DNA of 32,000 nt from Chloroflexota bacterium (GCA_022561455.1 JADFRC010000002.1:1-32000), one strand, 5' to 3'. Counted from the stretch's first letter, positions 16,297-24,409 are shown. The notes: generated by a model from the letters alone, not told the origin. A program made the numbers and translations.

Positions 16297-17532
16297 ATGC
16301 TGACTCAAGGGCAGAACGAGCGCCTGACGCGGGTCGGCCCCGGCACGCCGATGGGCGAGCTGATGCGGCGCTACTGGCACCCCATCGCGGCGGCCTCGGA
16401 GCTCTCCGGCGAGCAGCCGACGAAGCCGGTGCGGCTGCTGGGCGAGGACCTCGTCCTCTACCGCCTGCGCGGCGGCCGCCTCGGACTCATCACGAACCGG
16501 TGCGCGCACCGCGGCATGGACCTCTCGTACGGCATCCCCGAGGAGGATGGGCTGCGCTGCGCCTACCACGGCTGGATGTACGACGTGAGCGGCCAGTGCA
16601 TCGAGCAGCCGTCCGAGCCGTCGCGCAGCAACTACAAGGCCGAGATCAAGCTGACCGCCTACCCCGTGGAGGAGCTGGGCGGCCTCGTCTGGGCGTATCT
16701 CGGCCCGACGCCGGCGCCGCTCGTCCCCCGCTGGGACATGTTCGCCTGGGACAACGTGACGCGTGAGATCTCGGCCGTCATGCTGCCGTGCAACTGGCTC
16801 CAGACCGTCGACAACGCGCTCGACCCCGCCCACTTCGAGCACCTGCACGGCTACTACGGCTCCTGGGTCATGTCGCAGAGGGGCACGTCGGAGGAGTGGG
16901 ACGTGGTCCGCTCCCGCCCGCGCGCCGGCCACCACTACCGCATCGGCTTCGACCGCTTCGAGCACGGCATCATCAAGCGCCGCGTCACCGACGCCGGGGA
17001 CGAGAACAGCGACATCTGGAAGATCGGGCACCCGATCATCTTCCCGTACACGCTCCGGATCGGAGGGGGCGAGCAGCACACCTTCCTGCTGCGCGTGCCG
17101 GTGGACGACGAGAACACCTGGTACGTGCGCTACATCGTCCGCGTGCCCGAGCAGGGGCAGCAGGCCCCGCCGCAGGACGCGATCCCGCTGGGCGAGATAC
17201 CGCTCTACGACCCGCGCGGGCGGCTGAAGAACGACACCATCCCGTCGCAGGACCAGCTCGCCTGGGTCGGCCAGGGCGCGATCAGCGACCGCACGACGGA
17301 GCACCTCGGCGTGACCGACACCGGCGTGATCATGTACCGCCGGATGCTGGAGGAGCAGATGTCGATCGTGGCCGAGGGCGGGGACCCCATCAACACCTTC
17401 CGGGACCCGGCCGCCAACGAGTGCATCCTGCTCCCGATCGAGGGCGGGCGGTACCCCGGATACGACGTCGAAGGAGGCCCCTTCGCCGGCCAAGAGTCCC
17501 ACCGCGCCGAGGCCGAGGCGAACCTCGTCTAG
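16297..17532 (+). CDS. Rieske [2Fe-2S] non-haem iron oxygenase, phthalate-family alpha-type subunit (paralog 1)
   Basis: SD GGAGGGA. Rieske motif CAHRGMDLSYG...CAYHGWMYD. Mononuclear iron motif CNWLQTVDNALDPAHFEHLH. N-terminal NERLTRVGPGTPMGELMRRYWHPI. Confidence 0.88.
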   Translation: MLTQGQNERLTRVGPGTPMGELMRRYWHPIAAASELSGEQPTKPVRLLGEDLVLYRLRGGRLGLITNRCAHRGMDLSYGIPEEDGLRCAYHGWMYDVSGQCIEQPSEPSRSNYKAEIKLTAYPVEELGGLVWAYLGPTPAPLVPRWDMFAWDNVTREISAVMLPCNWLQTVDNALDPAHFEHLHGYYGSWVMSQRGTSEEWDVVRSRPRAGHHYRIGFDRFEHGIIKRRVTDAGDENSDIWKIGHPIIFPYTLRIGGGEQHTFLLRVPVDDENTWYVRYIVRVPEQGQQAPPQDAIPLGEIPLYDPRGRLKNDTIPSQDQLAWVGQGAISDRTTEHLGVTDTGVIMYRRMLEEQMSIVAEGGDPINTFRDPAANECILLPIEGGRYPGYDVEGGPFAGQESHRAEAEANLV

Positions 17533-17612
17533 GCAGGCAGGGCACTGCCCTGCACCCATAAGGGGGACGTACGCCGATCGTCGCCTGAAGCGGTTGTGCA
17601 GAGCAAGCGCAC

Positions 17613-17735
17613 GGGGTGTGCAGAGGGGCGAGCCCCTCTGCCGGGGGCACGGGGGTGTCCCCCGTATCTGGCTTTATCGCCCCCTTCCTGGCGAGGAAGG
17701 GGGACGGGGGGATGGTCGAAACGGTCGTGGGGCAT
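17613..17735 (+). repeat. three-hairpin repeat, copy 4
   Basis: GGGGTGTGCAGAGGGGCGAGCCCCTCTGCCGGGGGCACGGGGGTGTCCCCCGTATCTGGCTTTATCGCCCCCTTCCTGGCGAGGAAGGGGGACGGGGGGATGGTCGAAACGGTCGTGGGGCAT. Confidence 0.9.
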
Positions 17736-17807
17736 CGACGCGAGGCCATCGCGGGTGTTTCGAGGGAATGCCCATAGTCAGGGCGCGGCCCCAGAGGAGG
17801 TGACGAC

Positions 17808-18551
17808 GTGAAGCTCGACGGGAAAGTGGCGATCGTGACGGGTGCCGGACGCAACGTCGGCGAGGGCATAGCGCACCTCTTCGCGGAGGAGGGCGCGAGC
17901 GTGGCCGTCGTCGACTGGCTCGAGGAGCGCGCGCAGGCCGTCGCCAGCGCCATCAACGCCGAGCGCGACGGCGCGGCGCTTGCGGTGACGGCCGACGTGA
18001 CCTCCAGCGCCGACGCCGAGCGCATGGTCGCCGACGTGGTCGCTCGGTGGGGCCGCGTCGATGTGCTCGTGAACAACGTCGGCGTCGTCGACCGCACCAA
18101 CGTCCTCGAGCTCCCCGAGGCCGAGTGGGACCGCGTCACCGGCGTCTCGCTCAAAAGCGTCTTCCTCGTCACCAAGTACGCCGCCAAGCAGATGGTCGCG
18201 CAGGGCGACGGCGGACGCATCGTCAACATCGCTTCGACGTCCGGTCACCGTGGGCGGGAGAACGCCACCGCCTATCCGGCGGCCAAGGGCGGCGTGCTCA
18301 ACCTGACGCGCGCCCTCGCCGTGCAGCTCGCCCCGTACGCCATCCGGGTCAATTCCATCACGCCCAACCGCGTGGAGACCATAGCGGAGCCGGGCGCCCC
18401 CGACCGCAACCGGGGGCCGGTGGACAACCTGATCGGACGGCCCTGCATGCCGCGCGACGTCGCGCTCGCGACCGTCTTCCTAGCCTCGGCGGACGCCGAC
18501 TTCATCACCGGGATCGACCTTCCGGTGGACGGCGGCGTGCTCGCCAGGTAG
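17808..18551 (+). CDS. short-chain dehydrogenase/reductase (SDR) family oxidoreductase
   Basis: GTG after GAGGAGG. TGAGRNVGEG cofactor motif, NNVG, catalytic YPAAKGG (YxxxK). Confidence 0.88.
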   Translation: MKLDGKVAIVTGAGRNVGEGIAHLFAEEGASVAVVDWLEERAQAVASAINAERDGAALAVTADVTSSADAERMVADVVARWGRVDVLVNNVGVVDRTNVLELPEAEWDRVTGVSLKSVFLVTKYAAKQMVAQGDGGRIVNIASTSGHRGRENATAYPAAKGGVLNLTRALAVQLAPYAIRVNSITPNRVETIAEPGAPDRNRGPVDNLIGRPCMPRDVALATVFLASADADFITGIDLPVDGGVLAR

Positions 18552-18637
18552 GAGGGTGCCTCTAGCCGCGGGCGTTCGACTTGTCTTAGAGTAGGGTCGC
18601 CGCGCATGCCCATGACGGGCAGCCGCGGGAGGTCATC

Positions 18638-19414
18638 ATGCCGAGGGTCGACGTCCTCCTCCACGGTCAGAGCCTGCGCACCGACCAGGGCTCCCTGGGC
18701 TTCTGCAGCACGCTCCTGATCCGGGGCGAGAAGCTGACCATCGTGGACACCGGCCACGTCGGGCGCCGCCAGCCGCTGCTTGCCGCACTCGAGCGCCAAG
18801 GCGTGAAGCCCGCCGACGTCGACTTCGCGTTGATGACACACGCCCACTGGGACCACGCCCAGAACTACGACCTCTTCGACGGCGCGACCATGCTCATCCA
18901 CGACTGGGAGCTGAAGTACGCCCGCAACCCGCACCCGAACGACTGGGCCACGCCGCGCTGGACCAGTGCCATGATCGACTTCATGAGCAGCGTGCAGACG
19001 GTCGAGGAGGGGTTCGAGATCGAGCCCGGGGTGCGCATCATCCACACGCCCGGCCACTCCCCGGGCAGCATGGGCGTGCTTGTCGACACCGACGAGGGGA
19101 CGATGGCGATCGCCGGCGACGCCGTCCACAGCGCGAGGGTCGCGGTGAGCAAGAAAGCCCCGCTGGTCTTTTGGAGCGAGGCCGACGCCCGCCGCAGCAT
19201 CGAGCGGCTGATCGGATCGGCCGAGATCATCTACCCCGGCCACGACCGGCCGTTCCGCATGCTGAAGGACGGCCGTACCGAATATCTGGCCCCCGGACAG
19301 CTGACCCTGTTCGGCCTCGACTTGGAGGAGCCCGGCTATGCCGTCGACCCCTCCATGCCGGCGCCGTGGGTCATGCCCGGCATCGAGGAGCAGACCGTCG
19401 AGCGGTTCGGCTAG
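18638..19414 (+). CDS. MBL-fold metallo-hydrolase
   Basis: SD GGGAGG. THAHWDH (HxHxDH) motif; later HTPGHSPGS and AGDAVH metal ligands. Confidence 0.8.
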   Translation: MPRVDVLLHGQSLRTDQGSLGFCSTLLIRGEKLTIVDTGHVGRRQPLLAALERQGVKPADVDFALMTHAHWDHAQNYDLFDGATMLIHDWELKYARNPHPNDWATPRWTSAMIDFMSSVQTVEEGFEIEPGVRIIHTPGHSPGSMGVLVDTDEGTMAIAGDAVHSARVAVSKKAPLVFWSEADARRSIERLIGSAEIIYPGHDRPFRMLKDGRTEYLAPGQLTLFGLDLEEPGYAVDPSMPAPWVMPGIEEQTVERFG

Positions 19415-19438
19415 CCGCGTGGAGAAGGAGATGGCGCT

Positions 19439-20467
19439 ATGGCCACGAGAGTGATCGACTCAGACGCACACGTGATCGAGAACGACCGCACGTGGGAGTT
19501 CATGCGCGAGGAGGACGCGGCGCACAAGCCGCAGGTGCTCGTGCCCCGGGCCGGCGGCCCGGACGAGTACTGGCTGGTGGAGGGGCGCGCCTTCAAGAGG
19601 ACGGCGAACGTCGGCGCCGACACCCCGCCGGAGACGCGCGAGGCGTCCGACATCAAGAAGCGGCTCGCCCACATGGACGAGATGGGCGTGGACGTACACG
19701 TGCTCTACCCCAGCTTCTTCCTGACCCAGCGCACGCACCACGCAGATACCGACTACGCCCTCTCCCGGTCGTACAACCGCTGGCTGGCCGACATATGGGC
19801 GCAGGGCGAAGGGCGGCTCCGCTGGGCGGTGATCCCGCCGCTCCACTCCATGGACCGGGCCATCGAGGAGCTCCGGTTCGGCAAGGAGCACGGCGCCTGC
19901 GCCGTGTTCATGCGCGGCATCGAGGGCGACCACCGCCTCTCCGACCCGTACATGTTCCCGCTGTACGAGGAGGCCATCGACCTGGATCTGCCCATCTGCA
20001 TCCACGCCGCCGCGGGCAACATGCAGGCGTTCGAGCTCATCGACCGCGACTTCGGCTTCTCGAAGTTCAAGCTGCCGGCCGTCGGTGCCTTCCACGACCT
20101 CATCATGCAGGGCACGCCGCAGCGCTTCCCCAAGCTGCGCTGGGGCTGGATCGAGATCAGCGCCTCGTGGCTGCCGTACGCCCTGAACGACCTCGCGCTG
20201 CGGTTCGCGCGGCAGAAGCGCGACTGGCCCGGCACGGACGTGCTGCGGGAGAACAACATGTGGGTCGCCTGCCAGACCGCCGACGACCTGCCCTACGTGC
20301 TCGCCTGCACCGACGACGACCACATCGTGATCGGCACCGACTACGGGCACAACGACACCGCGTCGGAGATCTTGGCGCTGCGCATCCTGCGCGACGGGGG
20401 CACGGTCCCGCCGGCCTCCGTCGACAAGATCCTCGGCCCGAACGCTGAAACCCTCTACGGGCTCTAA
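19439..20467 (+). CDS. amidohydrolase-2 family protein (ACMSD/LigW-type decarboxylase or LigI-type hydrolase fold)
   Basis: SD GGAGAAGGAG. N-terminal VIDSDAHV metal motif; later CIHAA and IGTDYGH motifs. Confidence 0.8.
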   Translation: MATRVIDSDAHVIENDRTWEFMREEDAAHKPQVLVPRAGGPDEYWLVEGRAFKRTANVGADTPPETREASDIKKRLAHMDEMGVDVHVLYPSFFLTQRTHHADTDYALSRSYNRWLADIWAQGEGRLRWAVIPPLHSMDRAIEELRFGKEHGACAVFMRGIEGDHRLSDPYMFPLYEEAIDLDLPICIHAAAGNMQAFELIDRDFGFSKFKLPAVGAFHDLIMQGTPQRFPKLRWGWIEISASWLPYALNDLALRFARQKRDWPGTDVLRENNMWVACQTADDLPYVLACTDDDHIVIGTDYGHNDTASEILALRILRDGGTVPPASVDKILGPNAETLYGL

Positions 20468-20475
20468 GGCGCACC

Positions 20476-20769
20476 ATGCACGTCGTCGTCGGCACGCACA
20501 AGATCAAGCCCGAGCACCTCGACGACTACCTAACGAGCATGCGCGCGTACGCGGCCGTCTGCGTCGCGGAGCCGGGGTGCGTCCGCTACGAGGTCCTCCA
20601 GGACCTGTCGGAGCCGACCGTCATCTGCCTCTACGAGGTGTTCGTGGACGCCGAGGCCTTCGCCGCGCACCAGCGCTCCGAGCACCACGAGCGGTGGATG
20701 GCGCTCTCGGCCGGCTGGCGCGAGGTCAGCCCGATGACGCGGCACGAGCTCGGCTTCGTCTTCCCCTAG
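20476..20769 (+). CDS. ABM (antibiotic biosynthesis monooxygenase-like, YgiN-type) domain protein
   Basis: 97 aa, starting 8 nt after the upstream stop. EPGCVRYEVLQD...YEVFVDAEAFAAHQRSEHH is the usual ferredoxin-like ABM pattern. Confidence 0.7.
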   Translation: MHVVVGTHKIKPEHLDDYLTSMRAYAAVCVAEPGCVRYEVLQDLSEPTVICLYEVFVDAEAFAAHQRSEHHERWMALSAGWREVSPMTRHELGFVFP

Positions 20770-20867
20770 TGCGGTGGGCCGGGAGGGGAGCGGGCATCCG
20801 CAGATTGCTCGCAGATCCGGCGCATCAGCACTTGACACTGCTTGTATGTGCTGATGTACGCTTGCGC

Positions 20868-20977
20868 AGTCCCGAGTGAACGAGGAAAGAGCGCGGTCGA
20901 GGGCCGGAGCCGAGCGGGCAACCGCGAAGCCGAGAACCAACGCCAAGCTCGGGCGCCCCGGTCACTCGGGACACTTT
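20868..20977 (+). other. 104-nt structured element closed by an 11-bp helix and followed by TTTT (terminator-like or cis-regulatory RNA candidate)
   Basis: GTCCCGAGTGA (20868-20878) pairs perfectly with TCACTCGGGAC (20961-20971). Inner CGCGGT/ACCGCG helix. T run at 20974-20977. Confidence 0.3.
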
Positions 20978-21048
20978 TGTGCCCACGCAATCACCATCCG
21001 CCCGCGTCCGCCCCGCCACGAAGCCCGGCGAGCAGGTCCGCCGGGTCG

Positions 21049-21077
21049 TTGACTATGGCCGTGCGCTGGGCTATAAG
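21049..21077 (+). promoter_or_regulatory. sigma-70-like promoter: TTGACT, 17-nt spacer, TATAAG
   Basis: TTGACT 21049-21054, spacer ATGGCCGTGCGCTGGGC, TATAAG 21072-21077. It lies about 70 nt upstream of GTG 21150 of Rieske paralog 2. Confidence 0.45.
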
Positions 21078-21149
21078 CATGGGTAGGTGAGCCGGTGCCG
21101 CCCGGCCCCACGGCCAGGCGCGGCGGCTATCGGAAGTGAGGACGCAGCC

Positions 21150-22403
21150 GTGCTGACTCAAGAGCAGAACGAGCGCCTGACGCGGGTCGGACCCGGCACG
21201 CCGATGGGCGAGCTGATGCGCCGCTACTGGCACCCCATCGCGGCCAGCGTCGAGCTCAGCGAGGACAACCCCACCAAGGAGGTCCGCCTCCTCGGCGAGG
21301 ACCTCGTGCTCTTCCGCAGCACGGCAGGTGAGATCGGGCTGATCGAGCCGAGCTGCGCGCACCGCAAGGCCAACCTCTCCTACGGCATCCCGGAGCCCGA
21401 GGGCATCCGGTGTGCCTACCACGGCTGGCTTTATGACATCCACGGCCAGTGCGTCGACCAGCCGTCGGAGCCCGAGGGCAGCCGCTTCAAGGAGAAGGTC
21501 AAGCTCAAGGCGTATCGGGCCCAGGAGCTCGGCGGGCTCATCTTCGCCTACATGGGCCCCGAGCCCGCGCCGCTGCTCCCGCGCTACGACATGTTGGTCT
21601 GGCCCGGCGTCCGCAACGCGCAGGCGTGCATGCTGCCGTGCAACTGGCTCCAGTGCCACGAGAACTCGCTCGACCCGCTGCACTTCCAGTGGCTGCACCG
21701 CTACTACGGCGGCTACGTCATGAACAGGAAGAAGCCGCAGGCGGAGCGCGACGCCTGGAACCTCAGGACGCTGACCAAGGGCGCGGACCACCACAAGATC
21801 GGCTTCGAGAAGACGAGCTACGGCGTCATCAAGCGCCGGCTCATCGGCGACGAGACGGAGGACGACGACAACTGGAGGCTGGGGCACCCCGTCTTCTTCC
21901 CCAACATCCTGCGCATCGGCATCAACCTCCAGTTCCGCGTCCCCGTCGACGACACGCACACCCTGCACATGATGCTGAACTGGCGCGCCCTCAAGGACGG
22001 CGAGGAGACGCCTGATGCCGTCCCGTATCAGGAGCTCCCCGTCTACGACGACGACGGGAGGATCAAGGGCGATTGGGTGGTCGGTCAGGACCAGACCGCC
22101 TGGATCATCCAGGGCGCCATCACCGACCGCACCACCGAGCGCCTCGGCGTCACGGACATCGGGCTCATCATGTACCGCCGGATGCTCGAGGAGCAGATGC
22201 AGGTGGTCGCGGATGGGGGCGACCCGCTCAACACCCACCGCGACCCGGTGGAGAACGAGATCATCATGGTCCCGTGCGAGCGCTTCGAATACCCTGGCTA
22301 CGAGGGCATCCCCGGCGGCCCGTTCAAGGACATCGTCGTCCACAACGACGTGGAAGCGGTGCTCTCGGGCGAGGGCGTGAAGCGCCCCGAGTTCGCCACC
22401 TAG
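21150..22403 (+). CDS. Rieske [2Fe-2S] non-haem iron oxygenase (paralog 2)
   Basis: In frame within track ORF 21087..22403. GTG 21150 gives VLTQEQNERLTRVGPG, colinear with paralog 1 (MLTQGQNERLTRVGPG). CAHRKANLSYG...CAYHGWLYD; CNWLQCHENSLDPLHFQWLH. Confidence 0.88.
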   Translation: MLTQEQNERLTRVGPGTPMGELMRRYWHPIAASVELSEDNPTKEVRLLGEDLVLFRSTAGEIGLIEPSCAHRKANLSYGIPEPEGIRCAYHGWLYDIHGQCVDQPSEPEGSRFKEKVKLKAYRAQELGGLIFAYMGPEPAPLLPRYDMLVWPGVRNAQACMLPCNWLQCHENSLDPLHFQWLHRYYGGYVMNRKKPQAERDAWNLRTLTKGADHHKIGFEKTSYGVIKRRLIGDETEDDDNWRLGHPVFFPNILRIGINLQFRVPVDDTHTLHMMLNWRALKDGEETPDAVPYQELPVYDDDGRIKGDWVVGQDQTAWIIQGAITDRTTERLGVTDIGLIMYRRMLEEQMQVVADGGDPLNTHRDPVENEIIMVPCERFEYPGYEGIPGGPFKDIVVHNDVEAVLSGEGVKRPEFAT

Positions 22404-22553
22404 GGCACAGCCCTGGACCCATAAAAGGGCGCACGCCGGCGGTGGGCTGACGTGGCAGCGATGGCCGGAGCGTAGGCGTACAAGGGCAGCGGGACGAGAT
22501 CCTTCGCTCCGCTGCAGGATGACCGCCGACGAAGCGGACCGAGGGTGCGCGGA

Positions 22554-22598
22554 CCAACCGTGAGCTTTAGTCCGGAGCCGGAGCGAAGCGTAGGCGCA
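22554..22598 (+). repeat. 45-nt segment identical to 12145-12189 (head of the argC-proximal tandem unit)
   Basis: CCAACCGTGAGCTTTAGTCCGGAGCCGGAGCGAAGCGTAGGCGCA at both loci. Here it is followed by CAGTTAGAGGAGGCGACAAGCATG, which supplies the SD and start of Rieske paralog 3. Confidence 0.9.
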
Positions 22599-22619
22599 CA
22601 GTTAGAGGAGGCGACAAGC

Positions 22620-23876
22620 ATGATTACCGCGGAGATGAACGACCGGCTGACGCGCGTCGGGCCCGGCACGCCGATGGGCGAGCTCATGCGCCGCTACTGG
22701 CACCCCATCGCCGGCAGCTCCCAGCTCAACGACGACAACCCGACCAAGGAGGTACGCCTCCTCGGCGAGGACCTCGTGCTCTTCCGGAGCACCGCCGGCA
22801 AGCTCGGGCTGATCGAGCCGAGCTGCGCCCACCGCAAGGCGAACCTTTCGTACGGCATCCCGGAGCCCGAGGGCATCCGATGTGCCTACCACGGCTGGCT
22901 CTACGACGTGGACGGTCAGTGCGTCGATCAGCCCTCCGAGCCCGAGGGCAGCCGCTTCAAGGAGAAGGTCAAGCTCAAGGCGTACAAGGCAGAGGAGCTC
23001 GGCGGCCTCATCTTCGCCTACATGGGCCCCGAGCCCGCGCCGCTGCTCCCGCGATGGGACATCCTGGTCTGGGACGGCATCCGCAGCGCGACGTCGGTCA
23101 AGCTCGCGTGCAACTGGCTCCAGTGCCACGAGAACTCGCTCGACCCGCTCCACTTCCAGTGGCTCCACCGCTACTACGGCGGCTGGGTCATGAACCGCAA
23201 GAAGCCCGCCGCGGAGCGCGACGAGTGGAACGCGCGCACGATGTCCAAGGGTGCCGAGCACCGCAAGATCGGCTTCGAGAAGACGAGCTACGGCGTCATC
23301 AAGCGCCGGCTCATCGGCGACGAGACGGAGGACGACGACAACTGGAAGCTGGGTCATCCCATCCTGTTCCCGCACATCCTGCGGAACGGAGACACGCTGC
23401 AGTACCGCATCCCCATCGACGACACGCACACCGACCACCTCGTGCTCTCGCACAAGTTCCTCAAGCCTGGCGAGGTCACCAACGAGGGGAACGTGCCCTT
23501 CGAGGACGTCTCCGCCTACTACGAGGACGGCCGGCTGCGCGACGACTACGTGCGCGGCCAGGACCAGACCGCCTGGGTGATCCAGGGCGCGATCATGGAC
23601 CGCACGACCGAGCGCCTCGGCGTCTCCGACGTTGGCCTGATCATGTTCCGCCGCATGCTCGACGAGCAGGCAAGGATCGTCGAGGACGGCGGCGAGCCGA
23701 TGAACGTCTACCGCGACCCGGCTGAGAACGAGATCCACATCTTCCCCGTCGAGCGGCGCGCGTACCCCGGCTACGAGGGCACGGGCGGGCCGTTCAAGGA
23801 CATCACCCCACGCAAGCCCGACGTGGAGACCATCCTCTCCGGCGAGGGCGCCAAGCTCTCCCAGTGGAAGACGTAG
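22620..23876 (+). CDS. Rieske [2Fe-2S] non-haem iron oxygenase (paralog 3)
   Basis: ATG 22620 after GAGGAGG, within track ORF 22545..23876. Same Rieske and iron motifs as paralog 2. Confidence 0.88.
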   Translation: MITAEMNDRLTRVGPGTPMGELMRRYWHPIAGSSQLNDDNPTKEVRLLGEDLVLFRSTAGKLGLIEPSCAHRKANLSYGIPEPEGIRCAYHGWLYDVDGQCVDQPSEPEGSRFKEKVKLKAYKAEELGGLIFAYMGPEPAPLLPRWDILVWDGIRSATSVKLACNWLQCHENSLDPLHFQWLHRYYGGWVMNRKKPAAERDEWNARTMSKGAEHRKIGFEKTSYGVIKRRLIGDETEDDDNWKLGHPILFPHILRNGDTLQYRIPIDDTHTDHLVLSHKFLKPGEVTNEGNVPFEDVSAYYEDGRLRDDYVRGQDQTAWVIQGAIMDRTTERLGVSDVGLIMFRRMLDEQARIVEDGGEPMNVYRDPAENEIHIFPVERRAYPGYEGTGGPFKDITPRKPDVETILSGEGAKLSQWKT

Positions 23877-23897
23877 CCCCAGCGGAAGACAGCACAC

Positions 23898-23930
23898 CGA
23901 ACGGCTCCGGACCCCGGAGCCGTTCGCTTT
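23898..23930 (+). terminator. intrinsic-terminator-like hairpin downstream of Rieske paralog 3
   Basis: CGAACGGCTCCGG-ACC-CCGGAGCCGTTCG is a perfect 13-bp stem, followed by CTTTCG. It starts 22 nt after the stop codon. Confidence 0.55.
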
Positions 23931-23984
23931 CGCCCAGAACCGGGCTCATCCTTAGCGGGTTCGCTCAACCCAGGTTGGTGAACG

Positions 23985-24350
23985 GAACAGCATGCGCAGA
24001 GCGGCGAAGCCCGTTCGCCGGGCGCGCGCGGGTACCCCTCGTCATGGGCTCTATCACCCGCTTCCTGTCAGGGGCCTTGCCTATCGAGGTCCCCTTTCGT
24101 GCACCGGACAGGGTGTGCAGAGCGGCGAAGCCCGTTCGCCGGGCGCGCGGGTGCCTCTCGTCATGGGCTCTATCACCCACTTCCTGTCAGGGGCCTTGTC
24201 CCAAGGTCCCCTTTCGGCCATCGGACAGGGGTATGCAGAGGGGCAGAGCCCCTCTGCCGGGGGCACGGGGGTGTCCCCCGTTGTTGGCCTTATCCCCCCC
24301 TTCCTGGCAGGAAGGGGGACGGGGGGATGGTCGAAAGGGTGGTAGGGAAC
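23985..24350 (+). repeat. head-to-tail array of three repeat units: two divergent-subfamily units (about 23985-24105 and 24106-24226) plus one canonical three-hairpin unit (24227-24350)
   Basis: Units A and B share GCAGAGCGGCGAAGCCCGTTCGCCGGGCGCGCGGGT..CTCGTCATGGGCTCTATCACCC.CTTCCTGTCAGGGGCCTTG...GGTCCCCTTTCG. Unit C is canonical (GCAGAGGGGCAGAGCCCCTCTGCC...GGATGGTCGAAAGG). Confidence 0.85.
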
Positions 24351-24409
24351 TGACGCGACGGTAGCGGAGCGGACGTTCCAGGCAAGATCCAATTGCAGGA
24401 GGAGCCAGC

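Noticed and set aside
16021-16303. Small ORFs encoded by the three-hairpin repeats (for example GGVPRLWLYHPLPGEEGGRGDGRN-type peptides at 16021..16248, 17594..17803, 26754..27119, 28546..28770)
   Set aside because: The same peptide arises only because the repeat is read in frame. The copies differ by indels in loops that would shift the frame. No SD or consistent start codons exist. Conservation follows base-pairing, not codons.
20879-20900. GAGGAAAG string reminiscent of the RNase P RNA conserved GAGGAAAGUCC motif
   Set aside because: The match ends after GAGGAAAG (next is AGCGCGG, not UCCGGGC). The surrounding element is only about 100 nt, with none of the other RNase P conserved regions.
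15979-23897. Long antisense ORFs opposite the Rieske genes (15979..17559, 20991..22343, 22602..23897) and opposite other genes (1587..2792, 12418..13632, 28600..29838, 30531..31649, 30673..31860)
   Set aside because: Each mirrors a motif-supported gene on the other strand or in another frame. The lack of stops is expected at this GC content, and no domain signatures are present.
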